Shown here piece after piece: positions 43,050 to 43,113 of a stretch of 43,113 nucleotides of DNA. The translations under genes and the position numbers were made by a program. Each line of letters begins with the position of its first letter. Position 1 is the stretch's first letter. Source of the stretch: a virus (lineage: Duplodnaviria > Caudoviricetes); the IMG/VR virus record IMGVR_UViG_3300017565_000026, positions 1 to 43,113 of that record; one strand, given 5' to 3'. Below the pieces are notes generated by a model that was not told where the DNA came from, made no database searches, and worked only from the letters and a program-made list of their open reading frames with translations.

Positions 43050-43113
43050 CGTCCGCCCTCCATCATGGCGAGAAAAAAATATTTCGGTAATTTCGCGGCG
43101 ACACACGCGTGCA

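Overview
The window looks like a complete ~43 kb temperate siphophage genome with an HK97-type head and a Rhizobiaceae-like alphaproteobacterial host. It is cut at the packaging site between the HNH gene and the small terminase gene, and late genes lie on the - strand. Gene order: HNH, NusG-like antiterminator, replication initiator with iterons, ParB/MT-A70 methylase, GapR, cII-like, cro, cI, early genes (beta clamp, MazG-like, DUF5131), xis, int, attP (3' half of tRNA-Arg UCU), accessory block, lysis, tail, head, terminase. The accessory block holds a Septu/PtuAB-like ATPase + HNH pair, a LexA-boxed Y-family polymerase + Zn-ribbon pair, and two tandem Ku genes without LigD. Most striking observations: (1) an initiator-type tRNA-Met and a CCUCCUCCC anti-Shine-Dalgarno hairpin sit inside the cro reading frame; (2) a phage-borne DNA-damage toolkit (PolY with clamp motif, own beta clamp, two LexA-boxed Zn-ribbon genes, Ku pair) appears wired to host SOS, general-stress and CcrM/GcrA signals; (3) the integrase has non-canonical catalytic residues next to an intact-looking attP. 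All calls come from reading motifs by eye; no searches were run.
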